Below, piece by piece: positions 27,037 through 36,783 of a stretch of DNA of 64,000 bases. Position numbers and translations under genes: made by a program. Location: positions 889-64,888 of the forward strand of contig CAYOAZ010000001.1 of the NCBI GenBank assembly GCA_964402285.1. Reading direction: 5' to 3'. The notes beneath the pieces are model-generated. The model searched no databases. It was not told the origin of the DNA and worked only from the letters and a program-made list of their open reading frames with translations. This stretch comes from an uncultured Anaerolineae bacterium (GTDB lineage: Bacteria; Chloroflexota; Anaerolineae; JAADDB01). Position 1 is the stretch's first letter. Each line of letters starts with the position of its first letter.

Positions 27037-27588
27037 TTAACGGCCATACACGCCAACTATCTGTCCTTGGGCTTTAATGTGTCCTTCCATCGCCTTTCGA
27101 AGTGCCTGGATGGATGTGCCGCCCGGACGGTCCAGGTATGTGTCTAACGCGTAAAGCGTGAATACGTAATGATGGGGTTTGCCCGGTGGCGGGCATGGTC
27201 CGCGGTATCCAATAAGGCGGAAGTCGTTGATCCCCTGAATGCCCAGTCCTTTGGGGCGAGGTTCTTCTTTGGGTACACCTTCGGGCAAACCTGTTAAGTT
27301 CCCTGGAATGTCAAAGATAACCCAATGGACAAACGTACCTCCTGGTGCGTCCGGGTCCTCTACAGTGAGTGCAAAACTCTTAATCCCGTGCGGAACCCCT
27401 GACCACGTTAAGGGAGGCGAAATGTCCTCTCCCTCGCACGTGTACCGCTCCGGAATAGTGCCGCCATCTTCAAACGCGGCGCTCTTCAGCGTCAGTGTGG
27501 CCACCGGTTCTTTCTGCCCGATGCCTCCACACGCGCTTATGAGAAGCGCTACAGCCAGGACCACGATAACAAGGACGCTTCGTCGCAT
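27037..27588 (-). CDS. YbhB/YbcL-family PEBP (Raf-kinase-inhibitor-like) lipoprotein
   Basis: Signal peptide with lipobox ISACGG, plus PEBP motifs (DPDAP, GYRGPCPPPGKPHHY). Confidence 0.75.
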   Translation of the reverse strand: MRRSVLVIVVLAVALLISACGGIGQKEPVATLTLKSAAFEDGGTIPERYTCEGEDISPPLTWSGVPHGIKSFALTVEDPDAPGGTFVHWVIFDIPGNLTGLPEGVPKEEPRPKGLGIQGINDFRLIGYRGPCPPPGKPHHYVFTLYALDTYLDRPGGTSIQALRKAMEGHIKAQGQIVGVYGR

Positions 27589-27626
27589 AGGTTCACCTGG
27601 TTATTCTGTGTTGTGTTTCCCTACGT

Positions 27627-28631
27627 TTATTTTCCTGTAACCATGTATTCAGGTACAGGTTCACCCAGGATCTCCCGCGCCAACTCCCGGTATCCTTTGT
27701 CTTCTAGTTCTGCAAGGAAGCGTTCTGCCTCCATTGCTGCGGCTGCACCCTGGCCTACGGAAGTTGATACCTGACGGTAGCGATGGTCCGCGGCTTCGCC
27801 CGCAGCGAACACGCCAGGGACGCTGGTATGCTGATATTTGTTGATGGTGATGTAGCCGCGTTCATCCATGGCCAGTTGGCCCCGGAAGATACCCGTGTTC
27901 GGGTCGTGACCAATGAACACAAATACACCATCGGTGGGGAATTCCGTTACTTCCCCTGTCACCCGATTGCGCAGGCGGACACCTGTAACCTTCATGCCAT
28001 CGCCAAGAATTTCTTCTACTACGGTGTTCCAGATGAACTTCATCTTCTCGTTCTTGAACGCGCGTTGCTGGAGAATCTTGCTGGCCCGCAGTTGGTCTCG
28101 GCGGTGGACTACGTAGACTTCGCTAGCATAGCGGGTAAGGAAGAGCCCCTCTTCCATCGCGCTGTCACCGCCGCCTACGACAATGACCCGCTTGCCCGTG
28201 AAGAAGAAGCCATCGCACGTGGCACAATAACTTACCCCACGACCGGTGTACTCCGCTTCCCCGGGAACCTGCAACTTGCGGGCTGTCGCTCCCGTGGCCA
28301 CAATGACCGTCTTTGCCTGGTACTCTTCCCCTGTTTCAGAGGTGACAACGAAAGGCCAGCGCTTGAAATTCACCGCGGTAATGTACTCATACACTACCCG
28401 TGTACCGAACTTTTCAGCCTGTTTTTGAAAGCGTTCCACTAATTCTGCCCCGGACACACCATCTGGAAAGCCGGGGTAATTTTCGACCTCGTACGTAAGA
28501 CTCACCTGGCCGCCAATTTCGTGTCCGGTAAAGAGTAGCGGATCCAGGCTGGCCCGTGCTGTGTAGATTCCCGCGGTCCACCCCGCGGGCCCACTTCCAA
28601 TGATAATGACATTTTCGATTTTATCGCTCAT
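27627..28631 (-). CDS. trxB: Thioredoxin-disulfide reductase
   Basis: FAD motif [10 protein letters not shown], redox-active CATC and an NADPH-binding GGGDSA motif. 334 aa with a C-terminal extension. Confidence 0.88.
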   Translation of the reverse strand: MSDKIENVIIIGSGPAGWTAGIYTARASLDPLLFTGHEIGGQVSLTYEVENYPGFPDGVSGAELVERFQKQAEKFGTRVVYEYITAVNFKRWPFVVTSETGEEYQAKTVIVATGATARKLQVPGEAEYTGRGVSYCATCDGFFFTGKRVIVVGGGDSAMEEGLFLTRYASEVYVVHRRDQLRASKILQQRAFKNEKMKFIWNTVVEEILGDGMKVTGVRLRNRVTGEVTEFPTDGVFVFIGHDPNTGIFRGQLAMDERGYITINKYQHTSVPGVFAAGEAADHRYRQVSTSVGQGAAAAMEAERFLAELEDKGYRELAREILGEPVPEYMVTGK

Positions 28632-28739
28632 GCCTTGCCTCCTTTATCTTACGCTCTATGGATTCGAGGTATCGGTTGAGCCCGTTGTGCTCAGACACGC
28701 ATTTTGTTAGATGCAAGAATGCCCAAAACGTTTCGTTTT

Positions 28740-29477
28740 TCAGGCCAAATCACCCCAATAATGGAGCACAATCGACGCGATAACGACTCCAGCCGTCTCT
28801 GAACGCAGGGTCCTGGGGCCGAGGTGAACAATAGTAGCCGAATGGGCCTGGGCGCGCTCTACTTCCTCCAACGTGAATCCCCCTTCTGGGCCGATGAGCA
28901 AAGCTACGCGTTCAGGGGGCTCCTGGCGGGTTCGGATAACGTCTCTTAGGCGAGGTATTTCCTCACCCACATGCGCGAGGAAAATCTCATGGTATTGGGA
29001 AAGTTCTGGAATAACTTGCGAGAATTCCCGAATGTCTCCTAATTCCGGTACTCGTGCGCGACCGCTCTGCTCGGTGGCCTCCACAAGGATGCGTTCCCAT
29101 CGGGCGCGCTTTTCATAGCGCCGGACAACGGTGCGCGCGGTGATCATCGGCACAAACCGACTTATACCCACTTCTGTTCCCTTTTGCAGCACCCAATCCA
29201 TCCGTTCTCCCTTTATCAGGGATTGATATAATGTCACGTGAAGGGGTGGATCTGCCTTTCCCTTTTCTCGTCCTACAATTGTTCCTTGTACTGCCCGTGG
29301 TGATACTTGGTTTAAACGGACCGTGTAGACCCATCCGCTGTTGTCGAAAACAAAGACAGCGGCTCCTGGTTCCAGGCGTAACACTCGGGCGATTTGCCGG
29401 CTCTGTTCCGGCGAAAACCGGACGTGTGTTCCCCGGATGGATTCAGGCGGGACGAAAAATCTCATTTGCGCACCCAC
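28740..29477 (-). CDS. rsmE: 16S rRNA (uracil1498-N3)-methyltransferase
   Basis: 245 aa with a PUA-like N-terminus (RFFVPP) and a SPOUT C-terminal domain. Confidence 0.8.
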   Translation of the reverse strand: MGAQMRFFVPPESIRGTHVRFSPEQSRQIARVLRLEPGAAVFVFDNSGWVYTVRLNQVSPRAVQGTIVGREKGKADPPLHVTLYQSLIKGERMDWVLQKGTEVGISRFVPMITARTVVRRYEKRARWERILVEATEQSGRARVPELGDIREFSQVIPELSQYHEIFLAHVGEEIPRLRDVIRTRQEPPERVALLIGPEGGFTLEEVERAQAHSATIVHLGPRTLRSETAGVVIASIVLHYWGDLA

Positions 29478-30379
29478 AGACCGACCCAGTCTCCCTCTCG
29501 AATGCGTTTTGTAATGTGTCCACCGCGAGCACTGACCGCGAGCATGATGTCTGTTTCGCGGGCTTCGGTAATGCCGGAAAGAAGAAGGTGCCCTCCCTCA
29601 TCTACTGTACGCCACAAACCTTGATCCAGCAGGTTCAATATAACATGGGGCAATATGTTTACGATAACCAAATCAAAGGTCTCATCTGTAGGGAAGGAGC
29701 CCTCACGCACCTCGACGTGCTCTTCCACTTGATTTTCTAAAACGTTTTTGCGCGCCGCGGTAACGGCCTGGGGATCAATATCCGTGGCTACTACGTGCCT
29801 TGCGCCTAAAAGGGCTGCTGCGATAGCGAGGATCCCCGACCCTGTGCCAACATCCAGAACTCGCATTCCGGGCTGCAGGGCCTCTTCCAGGAGTTGCAGG
29901 GCCAGGCGTGTGGTAGGGTGCAAACCCGTTCCAAAGGCCAATCCCGGATCCAGGCGGATAATAATGGCCTCCTTTTCGACCGCGGGCGGGGTTTCCCATA
30001 CAGGCAGGATGACCAATCTGCGGCCGACACGAAGGGGGCGATAATGTTTTTTCCACGCGTTGGCCCAATCTTCTTCGTCAATAACTTGGATGTGCGGCGG
30101 AGGGACTGGTCGAATGAGGTTTAAATGCCCTAAGGCGACTTCAATACGGCGTGCTCGTTCCCAGCCTTCAGGAGATTCCGGGATGTACGTGCGAACAATG
30201 GCCTGGAGGTGATCTACGTCGCCAATGGGGTCAAACCCTTCGATTTCTATGACGGCTGACGTGTGGCCCTCTTGCCCTGGGTTGAATCGGTTAAACACTT
30301 CACTCACCGCTTCTGCGACTTCCGGGTCTACGGTGACGCTTATCTCTATCCAGCGCATGAGGAATTTCCCTCCTTTCAC
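29462..30379 (-). CDS. prmA: Ribosomal protein L11 methyltransferase
   Basis: SAM-binding motif VLDVGTGSGILAIAA. The prmA-rsmE gene order is conserved. Confidence 0.85.
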   Translation of the reverse strand: MKGGKFLMRWIEISVTVDPEVAEAVSEVFNRFNPGQEGHTSAVIEIEGFDPIGDVDHLQAIVRTYIPESPEGWERARRIEVALGHLNLIRPVPPPHIQVIDEEDWANAWKKHYRPLRVGRRLVILPVWETPPAVEKEAIIIRLDPGLAFGTGLHPTTRLALQLLEEALQPGMRVLDVGTGSGILAIAAALLGARHVVATDIDPQAVTAARKNVLENQVEEHVEVREGSFPTDETFDLVIVNILPHVILNLLDQGLWRTVDEGGHLLLSGITEARETDIMLAVSARGGHITKRIREGDWVGLWVRK

Positions 30380-30626
30380 AATAATAGTACAATTCTCCTA
30401 AGAGCCTGACAAGTATCTCAGGATGAAGAAGAGTTAGCCGCTTCACGGTAAAGCGCTGGGAGATTGCCTCCCCTTTTCCTGTGTTCGGTTCGTTGCACGG
30501 CGCGGTTTTTCTCCGTTGGTGCCGTATAGCCTTTCTCGCGTTGCCAGAGTAAGTGAGGATGGCAGTCTTCTGGTAACGGCACACGTGGCTCTGGTTCAAC
30601 GAGAGATTCATAATGAGAGGTATCCC

Positions 30627-31571
30627 ATGGAAGAGTATAGGTTTTGTCCCCGTTGTGGGCACGCTTTGGAATTCAAACAAATGGGCGATCGGGTACGGCC
30701 GGTGTGCCCTAAATGCGGCTTTGTCTTCTATGTGAACCCCACCCCCGCGGCAGGCACGCTGGTGGAGGATGATGGGCATGTCCTTCTAATCAGGCGTGCT
30801 GTGAGCCCGCGTAAGGGGTATTGGGCATTTCCTGCCGGGTACATGGAAGCCGATGAGAGCGCGGAAGAGGCTGCTATCCGGGAAACCAAAGAGGAGACGG
30901 GACTGGATGTGGCCTTAGACGCGCTGCTGGATGTGTATTCCTTCGAGGATGCTACCCACCAACGTGGGGTCCTCATTCTCTACCGTGCTCACGTGGTCGG
31001 TGGAACGCTCCAGCCCGGAGATGATGCCGAGGATGCCCGGTGGTTCGCTCCCCACGAATTACCTCCTGATGAGGAAATCGCATTTGACACACACCGTCGC
31101 GCCTTGCGGGAGTGGTTGCGTACTCGGGCTGTCGTGTACAGAGAAGCCGGCCCGGCGGACATGGCCGAGGTAGGCCGATTAATAGAAGAGTACAATCAAC
31201 CGCGATGGGATTTGGAGGCCTATCTCCATGATCCAGCGCGCACGGTTCTTGTTGCTAAGGATCGGGGTAAGGTCGTGGGGTATTGTGGCCTTCACGTGCT
31301 TCCTGACCGGTCTGAGGCCCTTATTCCCCATGTGTTTGTGTTGCCGAACCGGCGACGGTGGGGGATTGGAAGTCACCTCATTCGGTGGGCTCTAAATGTG
31401 GCACGGAAATCCGAAGTCCGTACCGTGACCACGGAGATTACTGCGGGAAATGTTGGTATAGTCGTGTACTTGAAGTTGGGTTTTGAGGTGTGCGGTCTCA
31501 TCACCCGGCCTACAGAGGGCCACCACCGAGAACCGCACTTGCTTCTGTGTTATGAAATGGGTGAAGCGTGA
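30627..31571 (+). CDS. NudC-like fusion protein: zinc ribbon plus NUDIX hydrolase fused to a C-terminal GNAT acetyltransferase domain
   Basis: CPRCG..17..CPKCG zinc ribbon, then the NUDIX box GYWAFPAGYMEADESAEEAAIRETKEETG, then a GNAT region (VVGYCGLHV..., RRRWGIGSHLIRWALNVA). The ATG at 30627 follows GAGAGG, and the track ORF starts earlier at 30516. Confidence 0.75.
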   Translation: MEEYRFCPRCGHALEFKQMGDRVRPVCPKCGFVFYVNPTPAAGTLVEDDGHVLLIRRAVSPRKGYWAFPAGYMEADESAEEAAIRETKEETGLDVALDALLDVYSFEDATHQRGVLILYRAHVVGGTLQPGDDAEDARWFAPHELPPDEEIAFDTHRRALREWLRTRAVVYREAGPADMAEVGRLIEEYNQPRWDLEAYLHDPARTVLVAKDRGKVVGYCGLHVLPDRSEALIPHVFVLPNRRRWGIGSHLIRWALNVARKSEVRTVTTEITAGNVGIVVYLKLGFEVCGLITRPTEGHHREPHLLLCYEMGEA

Positions 31572-32173
31572 AAATTGCTGCAATAGTACTGGCGGCCGGA
31601 GGGGGCCAGCGCTTTCACGGTCCCAAACAATTGGCTTTATGGCGTGGCAAGCCACTGCTTTTCCACGTGCTGGACGCGCTGCGCGATGCTCACGTCTGTT
31701 GTGTGCGCGTAGTGGTTGGGGCCTACGTTGATCAGATTCTGCCCGCGGTGGAAGCGTGGCTACACGCCCATGCACCCGCTGAATCCGATTGGGCCGTTGT
31801 GCTGAACCCGTACTGGCATAGGGGGTTGAGTACAAGTATACACGCTGGTTTAGCATCCGTACGAGAGGTTGATGCTGCTCTTTTTCCTCTGGCCGACCAA
31901 CCGCGAGTCACCACGGATCTTTTCAACACGCTCATTGCTACGTACGAACGGACACGTGCCCTTATTGTTGCCCCGCGCTATGGCGGACATCCGGGCACGC
32001 CCGTCTTGTTTGACGCTCGTCTTTTTCCCGCCCTCCAGACGTTACAAGGAGATGTGGGAGGGCGGGTTTTGATTCGGCGTTATCCCCAGTGGGTTACCTG
32101 GGTTGACTGGCCAGATGATTGGGCGGGGTGGGATGTCGATGTTCCCCAGGATTTATTCTTGCATAGCGCTTAG
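31568..32173 (+). CDS. MobA/MocA-like nucleotidyltransferase (molybdenum cofactor cytidylyl/guanylyltransferase family)
   Basis: AIVLAAGGGQRFHGPKQL (LAAGxGxRMG-like) NTP-transferase motif. Its ATGA start overlaps the NUDIX-GNAT stop. Confidence 0.7.
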   Translation: MKIAAIVLAAGGGQRFHGPKQLALWRGKPLLFHVLDALRDAHVCCVRVVVGAYVDQILPAVEAWLHAHAPAESDWAVVLNPYWHRGLSTSIHAGLASVREVDAALFPLADQPRVTTDLFNTLIATYERTRALIVAPRYGGHPGTPVLFDARLFPALQTLQGDVGGRVLIRRYPQWVTWVDWPDDWAGWDVDVPQDLFLHSA

Positions 32174-33745
32174 TTTGTCCTCGATTTCCTTAAGTCGCTG
32201 TAGGAGCTTCTCCTTTTCTGCCTGTAGTTTTTCAACATCCTCTTCGGATAGCATATCGGGTTGTTTTTGGACACGAGCGTCCGTGACGATGACCTGCATG
32301 TGGTAAACCCATATGAGGAAGGCCGTTAGGGCAGGACCCGAAGCATTTACTATCTCGCCCCAAAGTTTCTGTGATTCCACTCCGAGGATCCAGAGCCAGA
32401 CTTGTTGGGCGACTCTTGATAAGTCCACGATAACGATCAGGCCAGCCACCAACGCGAACCCATACAGGTACACGCGTCTGAGCAGCGATGTCCGTTCTCT
32501 AAGGCCTACATGCGGCAAGTGAATCCACTGTTGGGCTTGGCGCCAATGCCAGAACCATGTGGGGAGCCCCACTACACTAAGAGCAATGCCTGTCGCGAGC
32601 GGTTTATGCCACCACTCTGTCGTGAGCGAGTAAGACGCGGTTTCCCAGAGTAATGCTCGGGTGAGTACACGTACTATATTCACTATTCCCAACCAGGCAA
32701 CGGACAAGCCCACAGCGGACGCGATGTATATGTACAGGCGTTCCACAAGTGATGGGTATTCCTTTGGAGGGTGCTGTTCAGGGAGGATCTGGCCGCGGTA
32801 TCCTAGCCACACAACTAAGCCAACGGGAAGGGCGCTCAATGCAAGGCTAAGAGAGGGCCACCATTCTTCCCGAGGCCCGCGCATGGATCCAAACAGCCAC
32901 AACAATCCTTGTCGGAAGAGGTATGCAAGGGCCACGAGAAACACAGATAATCCCAGAGCAACCCCGACATAATAGTATGCTTGACGTAACAGCGACTCTC
33001 GTTCGGCTGCTGGCGCTGAAGCCCGACTCCATTGCGCCTCCCAGAACCAGCCGACGCGCCAGAGGAGCAATCCTGTCAAAAGCGTTGCCAGGTGTTTCGC
33101 GAGGGGAACAGCCCACCACGGACCAAGAAACGTCGGTAACCCCGGCAATGCCACGGGGGGAAGCAAGGCAAAGTATCCCATTTGCAGTACACCTATAGCG
33201 CCTCGAATGCTCAGGTATAGTCCACTGATCCCCACCAGGAATATGTACAGGCGACGCCAAATCGCTGCCCAACCCACTTCCTGTCCGAAGTCGTGATCCT
33301 GGCGAATGATGATTATTCCGTACTCAAGGAGGAGCAGGCCGCCTAAGAGCACGGTCACCATTTCCAGAAGATGCAGTTCCCACACAGTGAGGTCGTCGAT
33401 TTTAGAGCCCAGGGCCGGGCTCAGCACGGTTTGCAGTAATTGATATAAGGAGGAGGCCGTCAGGATAGTACCCAATGTGAGGATAGCATATGTGTATAAC
33501 TTACGAAGGGCAGCCCGGCGTTCTTCTTCCTCGCGTACAAGTCGTGCCATCCACCAGGCATGGCCCACGTGGAGAGGGAATGTTACCACGAGGACCCCTG
33601 CCCATAGGGCAAAATCTTCCACCTCAAAACCGAATTGAAACAGGTGGCGAAGCAAAATCTGGACCAGGTTGATGAGGCCTGCTATAACCCCGATTAAACT
33701 CGCGTAGGCCATAACGTAGATGTATACTCGCTGGACATTGCGCAT
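32153..33745 (-). CDS. Polytopic membrane protein with six internal repeats (~12 TM) and a C-terminal coiled-coil tail; family unknown
   Basis: Six repeats of an (R/K)xYxY-hhhGhhh TM-helix motif: QRVYIYVMAYASLIG, RKLYTYAILTLG, RRLYIFLVGISG, RQAYYYVGVALG, ERLYIYIASAVG, RRVYLYGFALVAG. The tail ...EEDVEKLQAEKEKLLQRLKEIEDKLSAMQE is coiled-coil-like. Confidence 0.6.
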   Translation of the reverse strand: MRNVQRVYIYVMAYASLIGVIAGLINLVQILLRHLFQFGFEVEDFALWAGVLVVTFPLHVGHAWWMARLVREEEERRAALRKLYTYAILTLGTILTASSLYQLLQTVLSPALGSKIDDLTVWELHLLEMVTVLLGGLLLLEYGIIIIRQDHDFGQEVGWAAIWRRLYIFLVGISGLYLSIRGAIGVLQMGYFALLPPVALPGLPTFLGPWWAVPLAKHLATLLTGLLLWRVGWFWEAQWSRASAPAAERESLLRQAYYYVGVALGLSVFLVALAYLFRQGLLWLFGSMRGPREEWWPSLSLALSALPVGLVVWLGYRGQILPEQHPPKEYPSLVERLYIYIASAVGLSVAWLGIVNIVRVLTRALLWETASYSLTTEWWHKPLATGIALSVVGLPTWFWHWRQAQQWIHLPHVGLRERTSLLRRVYLYGFALVAGLIVIVDLSRVAQQVWLWILGVESQKLWGEIVNASGPALTAFLIWVYHMQVIVTDARVQKQPDMLSEEDVEKLQAEKEKLLQRLKEIEDKLSAMQE

Positions 33746-34278
33746 TAGTCACCTCCCTGAGGTGTCGAGTTGTCGTTACCAGCCGAGGGGTGCGGAGGAA
33801 CAGGTATAGGAATGGCCTCAAATTCCGGATATATGCCCGGCAGTTCTTGCGTGAGTCGCCATTGTCCATTTTGCCGTGTAAGACGTATTCGTCTTACTTC
33901 CACGTGAATCCGTTGTCCTAGGAGGGGTTCAGGGTGTTCCCGGACGATGTATATCGGCACATAGGCTGTTTCTCCTTCCACGACCGCCGTACCGATTCGC
34001 AGTTCACCCGTTCGTGTGAATTCAACGTGAAGGTGCACAATTTTAGGGCGCTGATCTCCATAAGGGGGTGTGGCAAAGTAGGATAAGAACCGGTCAACGT
34101 CATCGTACAATGCTGCGACGTACGCATTATACACCACGTTTTCCGGTTTTGATTCGTCGGCTCGATACTGCCATTGATGAGGCCTGGCGTTTGAACGAAG
34201 CGCCACCACGGCACCGGCCACTAGGACCAGAATGACGATGGCGCTCAGTATGGTCCAAAATACTCGATCTTCTCGCAT
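33745..34278 (-). CDS. Hypothetical membrane-anchored protein (single N-terminal TM, extracytoplasmic domain)
   Basis: 177 aa. Its stop overlaps the start of the downstream repeat-protein gene by 1 nt (TAATG), and GGGAGGT lies upstream of that gene. Confidence 0.55.
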   Translation of the reverse strand: MREDRVFWTILSAIVILVLVAGAVVALRSNARPHQWQYRADESKPENVVYNAYVAALYDDVDRFLSYFATPPYGDQRPKIVHLHVEFTRTGELRIGTAVVEGETAYVPIYIVREHPEPLLGQRIHVEVRRIRLTRQNGQWRLTQELPGIYPEFEAIPIPVPPHPSAGNDNSTPQGGD

Positions 34279-34304
34279 AGTGCCGCCTCCTTTGACGGGT
34301 AAAA

Positions 34305-36770
34305 CTAATCTTCCCTAAAGTTTTCTCCCCCACTTTCAGGTGTCCACACCCACGTGCCCCCAGGCGCGTGTACTGTGATACAATTTTCTTGCACAGATAT
34401 GGGATGGTGCTCTTGTTGTAAGGATGTAACGCCGCCTACAAAATGGACGATAACCTCCTCGTAAGGCCAGTAACCATTGTGTTGGACTGTCCACGTCCAT
34501 TTTACACGAGAGTCGTGCGGTGTCACTTGAAAGATGTCTAAGTGATACTCCCCCTCCTTGTACGCCCATCCTTCTCCAGCATCAGTGTAAAGAATCGAGG
34601 TTGTTTCCTCTCCTCCCGGGGGATAGATATATAGGTGAAGACGTTGCCAGTCAAATTGGTCAACATTGAAAACAGGCTCCCACATGGGCAAAACCGTACC
34701 AGCCTTCACGAATAGAGGAATGCGAGATAGGGGGGCGGCAATACGTACGGATTGTCCTCCAACGTAGCGAATTCCTGTCCAGAAGTCGTACCATTCTCCC
34801 GGCGGGAGGACAAGATCGCGCTCTCGAGATCCTTCTTCAAGAATAGGTGCCACTAAAAGATGGTCCCCGACCATGAACATATCCTCTTTAGACCAGAGCG
34901 AGGGGATGTCGGGGTGGCCCCACCACACAGGGCGTACTACTGGCCATCCTCGAGTGTGAGATTCCCATGCCAGCGTGTACAGATAAGGTAGGAGGCGATA
35001 CCGTAAGCGAATCGTTTCTCTGTTGATGTCCAGATACGGTTGCCCAAAGGACCAAGGCTCCTGATCCGGTGTTCCTATGGCCGTATGCGTGCGGAAGAAG
35101 GGAAAGAAGGCAGCCATTTGAAGCCAGCGCGTGTACAATTCCGCGGAAGGGGCTCCCAAGAATCCTCCCACATCTGGCCCAGTAAAGGAGATACCACTCA
35201 TTCCCAGGCCAATGACTTGCGGAATCGTCATGGCCAGGGATGGCCAATCGCTGTATGTGTCGCCCGTCCAATGCCACGCGTAGCGCTGTAACCCCGCCCA
35301 CCCGGCTCGGGAGATGACCATGTGACGCCGATTAGGGTCCAGCGCGCGTAAACCCTCATAACTGGCCCGGGCCATAAGCAATCCATAGAGATTGTGTGCT
35401 TCCTGGTGGTTTCCCCCTCGTCCCTCCAGATAATGTCGAGTGGCCAGAGGAAAGGTGGGATCACCCCACGAGACGAACGTTGCCGGTTCGTTCATGTCGT
35501 TCCAGAAACCTGCAATGCCCACATCCAGAAGCGTGCGGTACTGTTCTCCCCACCACTGTCGGGCTTTGGGCTGGGTGAAGTCGGGGAACGCACACCAGCC
35601 CGGCCATACGGGTGCGCGTAGCAAAGAGCCATCCGGTAGTTTACAGTACACCTTTTGATCACGTCCATCCGTGAAGACGGAGTATTGGTCATCTACTTTT
35701 ATCCCCGGATCCACGATGGTGATGAGTCGGATACCCTTTTCCCGCAAATCCTGGGCTAATCCCTGGGGGTCAGGAAACCGTTCTAAATCCCAGGTGAACA
35801 CCCGGTAGCCGTCCATGTAATGGATGTCCAGGTGAATAACGTCCACGGGGATGTCAAGGCGTTTAAATGTATCAGCAATCTCCCGTACCCGGGTTTCTGG
35901 ATAGTAGGAATACCGTGATTGGTGGTAACCCAACGCCCACAAAGGGGGCAAGGGAGGACGCCCTGTGAGATCGGTGTATCGTTCCATAAGGGTTGGCGGC
36001 GAGCCGACTATAACGTAATAGCGTAGCATCCCGCCGTTGAATGTGTGTTCGGCCATGTCCGGATGATGGTGGCCCAGGTCGAACGTGGCATAATAAGGGT
36101 TCTCGTAGAAGACTAAGTACTGGCCTGCCGTGTGGAGCCCTATATACACGGGGATATTCAAGTAAATTGGGTCATCACCAGGGTGGTAACCTGCGGGATC
36201 ACGATTCCACAGGGTGAAAACATGCCCGCGTCGGTTTAAGGGCGTTGTTTTCTCCCCGAGCCCTATGAGCACTTCCCCCTTGCGCAATCGGGCTCTATCG
36301 CGAACTCGTTCCCCCGCGCGCTGGGGCGGTAATGTTTCGCGCAGCAAGTGCCCGGCGTTGTCGTAGAAGAGAAGGGCGCCATCGGGATGTAGGATAATTT
36401 GCATATACTCGGTTCGTATTCGCCAACCAGCATTCTCGGGTTCTACTTGAATTTTGACCTCCGGCCAACGATCTCGAGCACGCGCGTAAGGGACAGGCGG
36501 CGTTGCTGGTAGCCAGGAGACGCACACCATGTCTGCCGTGAGGAAATGGATGTCCAAATTGCCACGCTCCAAGTGCACGCGGACTCCTCGTGCATGTGGC
36601 GTGATGCGGGTAATGGTACCCCATGAGGTCCAGGAGGTGGTTTCGGTCTTGTGGACCCACTTTCGATCCACTCGCTCTCGCATTAAAGTATATCGTAGGG
36701 CATTGAATGTGGGCCCCAATCCTACCCAGCGGAGCGCCCACAGGGCCTTTCGCAGCGTTTCTGGGATCAT
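34305..36770 (-). CDS. Glycoside hydrolase family 31 alpha-glucosidase/alpha-xylosidase
   Basis: 821 aa with GH31 catalytic motifs (GFWNDMNEP nucleophile region; HNLYG...W.GDT). Confidence 0.85.
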   Translation of the reverse strand: MIPETLRKALWALRWVGLGPTFNALRYTLMRERVDRKWVHKTETTSWTSWGTITRITPHARGVRVHLERGNLDIHFLTADMVCVSWLPATPPVPYARARDRWPEVKIQVEPENAGWRIRTEYMQIILHPDGALLFYDNAGHLLRETLPPQRAGERVRDRARLRKGEVLIGLGEKTTPLNRRGHVFTLWNRDPAGYHPGDDPIYLNIPVYIGLHTAGQYLVFYENPYYATFDLGHHHPDMAEHTFNGGMLRYYVIVGSPPTLMERYTDLTGRPPLPPLWALGYHQSRYSYYPETRVREIADTFKRLDIPVDVIHLDIHYMDGYRVFTWDLERFPDPQGLAQDLREKGIRLITIVDPGIKVDDQYSVFTDGRDQKVYCKLPDGSLLRAPVWPGWCAFPDFTQPKARQWWGEQYRTLLDVGIAGFWNDMNEPATFVSWGDPTFPLATRHYLEGRGGNHQEAHNLYGLLMARASYEGLRALDPNRRHMVISRAGWAGLQRYAWHWTGDTYSDWPSLAMTIPQVIGLGMSGISFTGPDVGGFLGAPSAELYTRWLQMAAFFPFFRTHTAIGTPDQEPWSFGQPYLDINRETIRLRYRLLPYLYTLAWESHTRGWPVVRPVWWGHPDIPSLWSKEDMFMVGDHLLVAPILEEGSRERDLVLPPGEWYDFWTGIRYVGGQSVRIAAPLSRIPLFVKAGTVLPMWEPVFNVDQFDWQRLHLYIYPPGGEETTSILYTDAGEGWAYKEGEYHLDIFQVTPHDSRVKWTWTVQHNGYWPYEEVIVHFVGGVTSLQQEHHPISVQENCITVHAPGGTWVWTPESGGENFRED

Positions 36771-36783
36771 GCAACTCCTCCCT

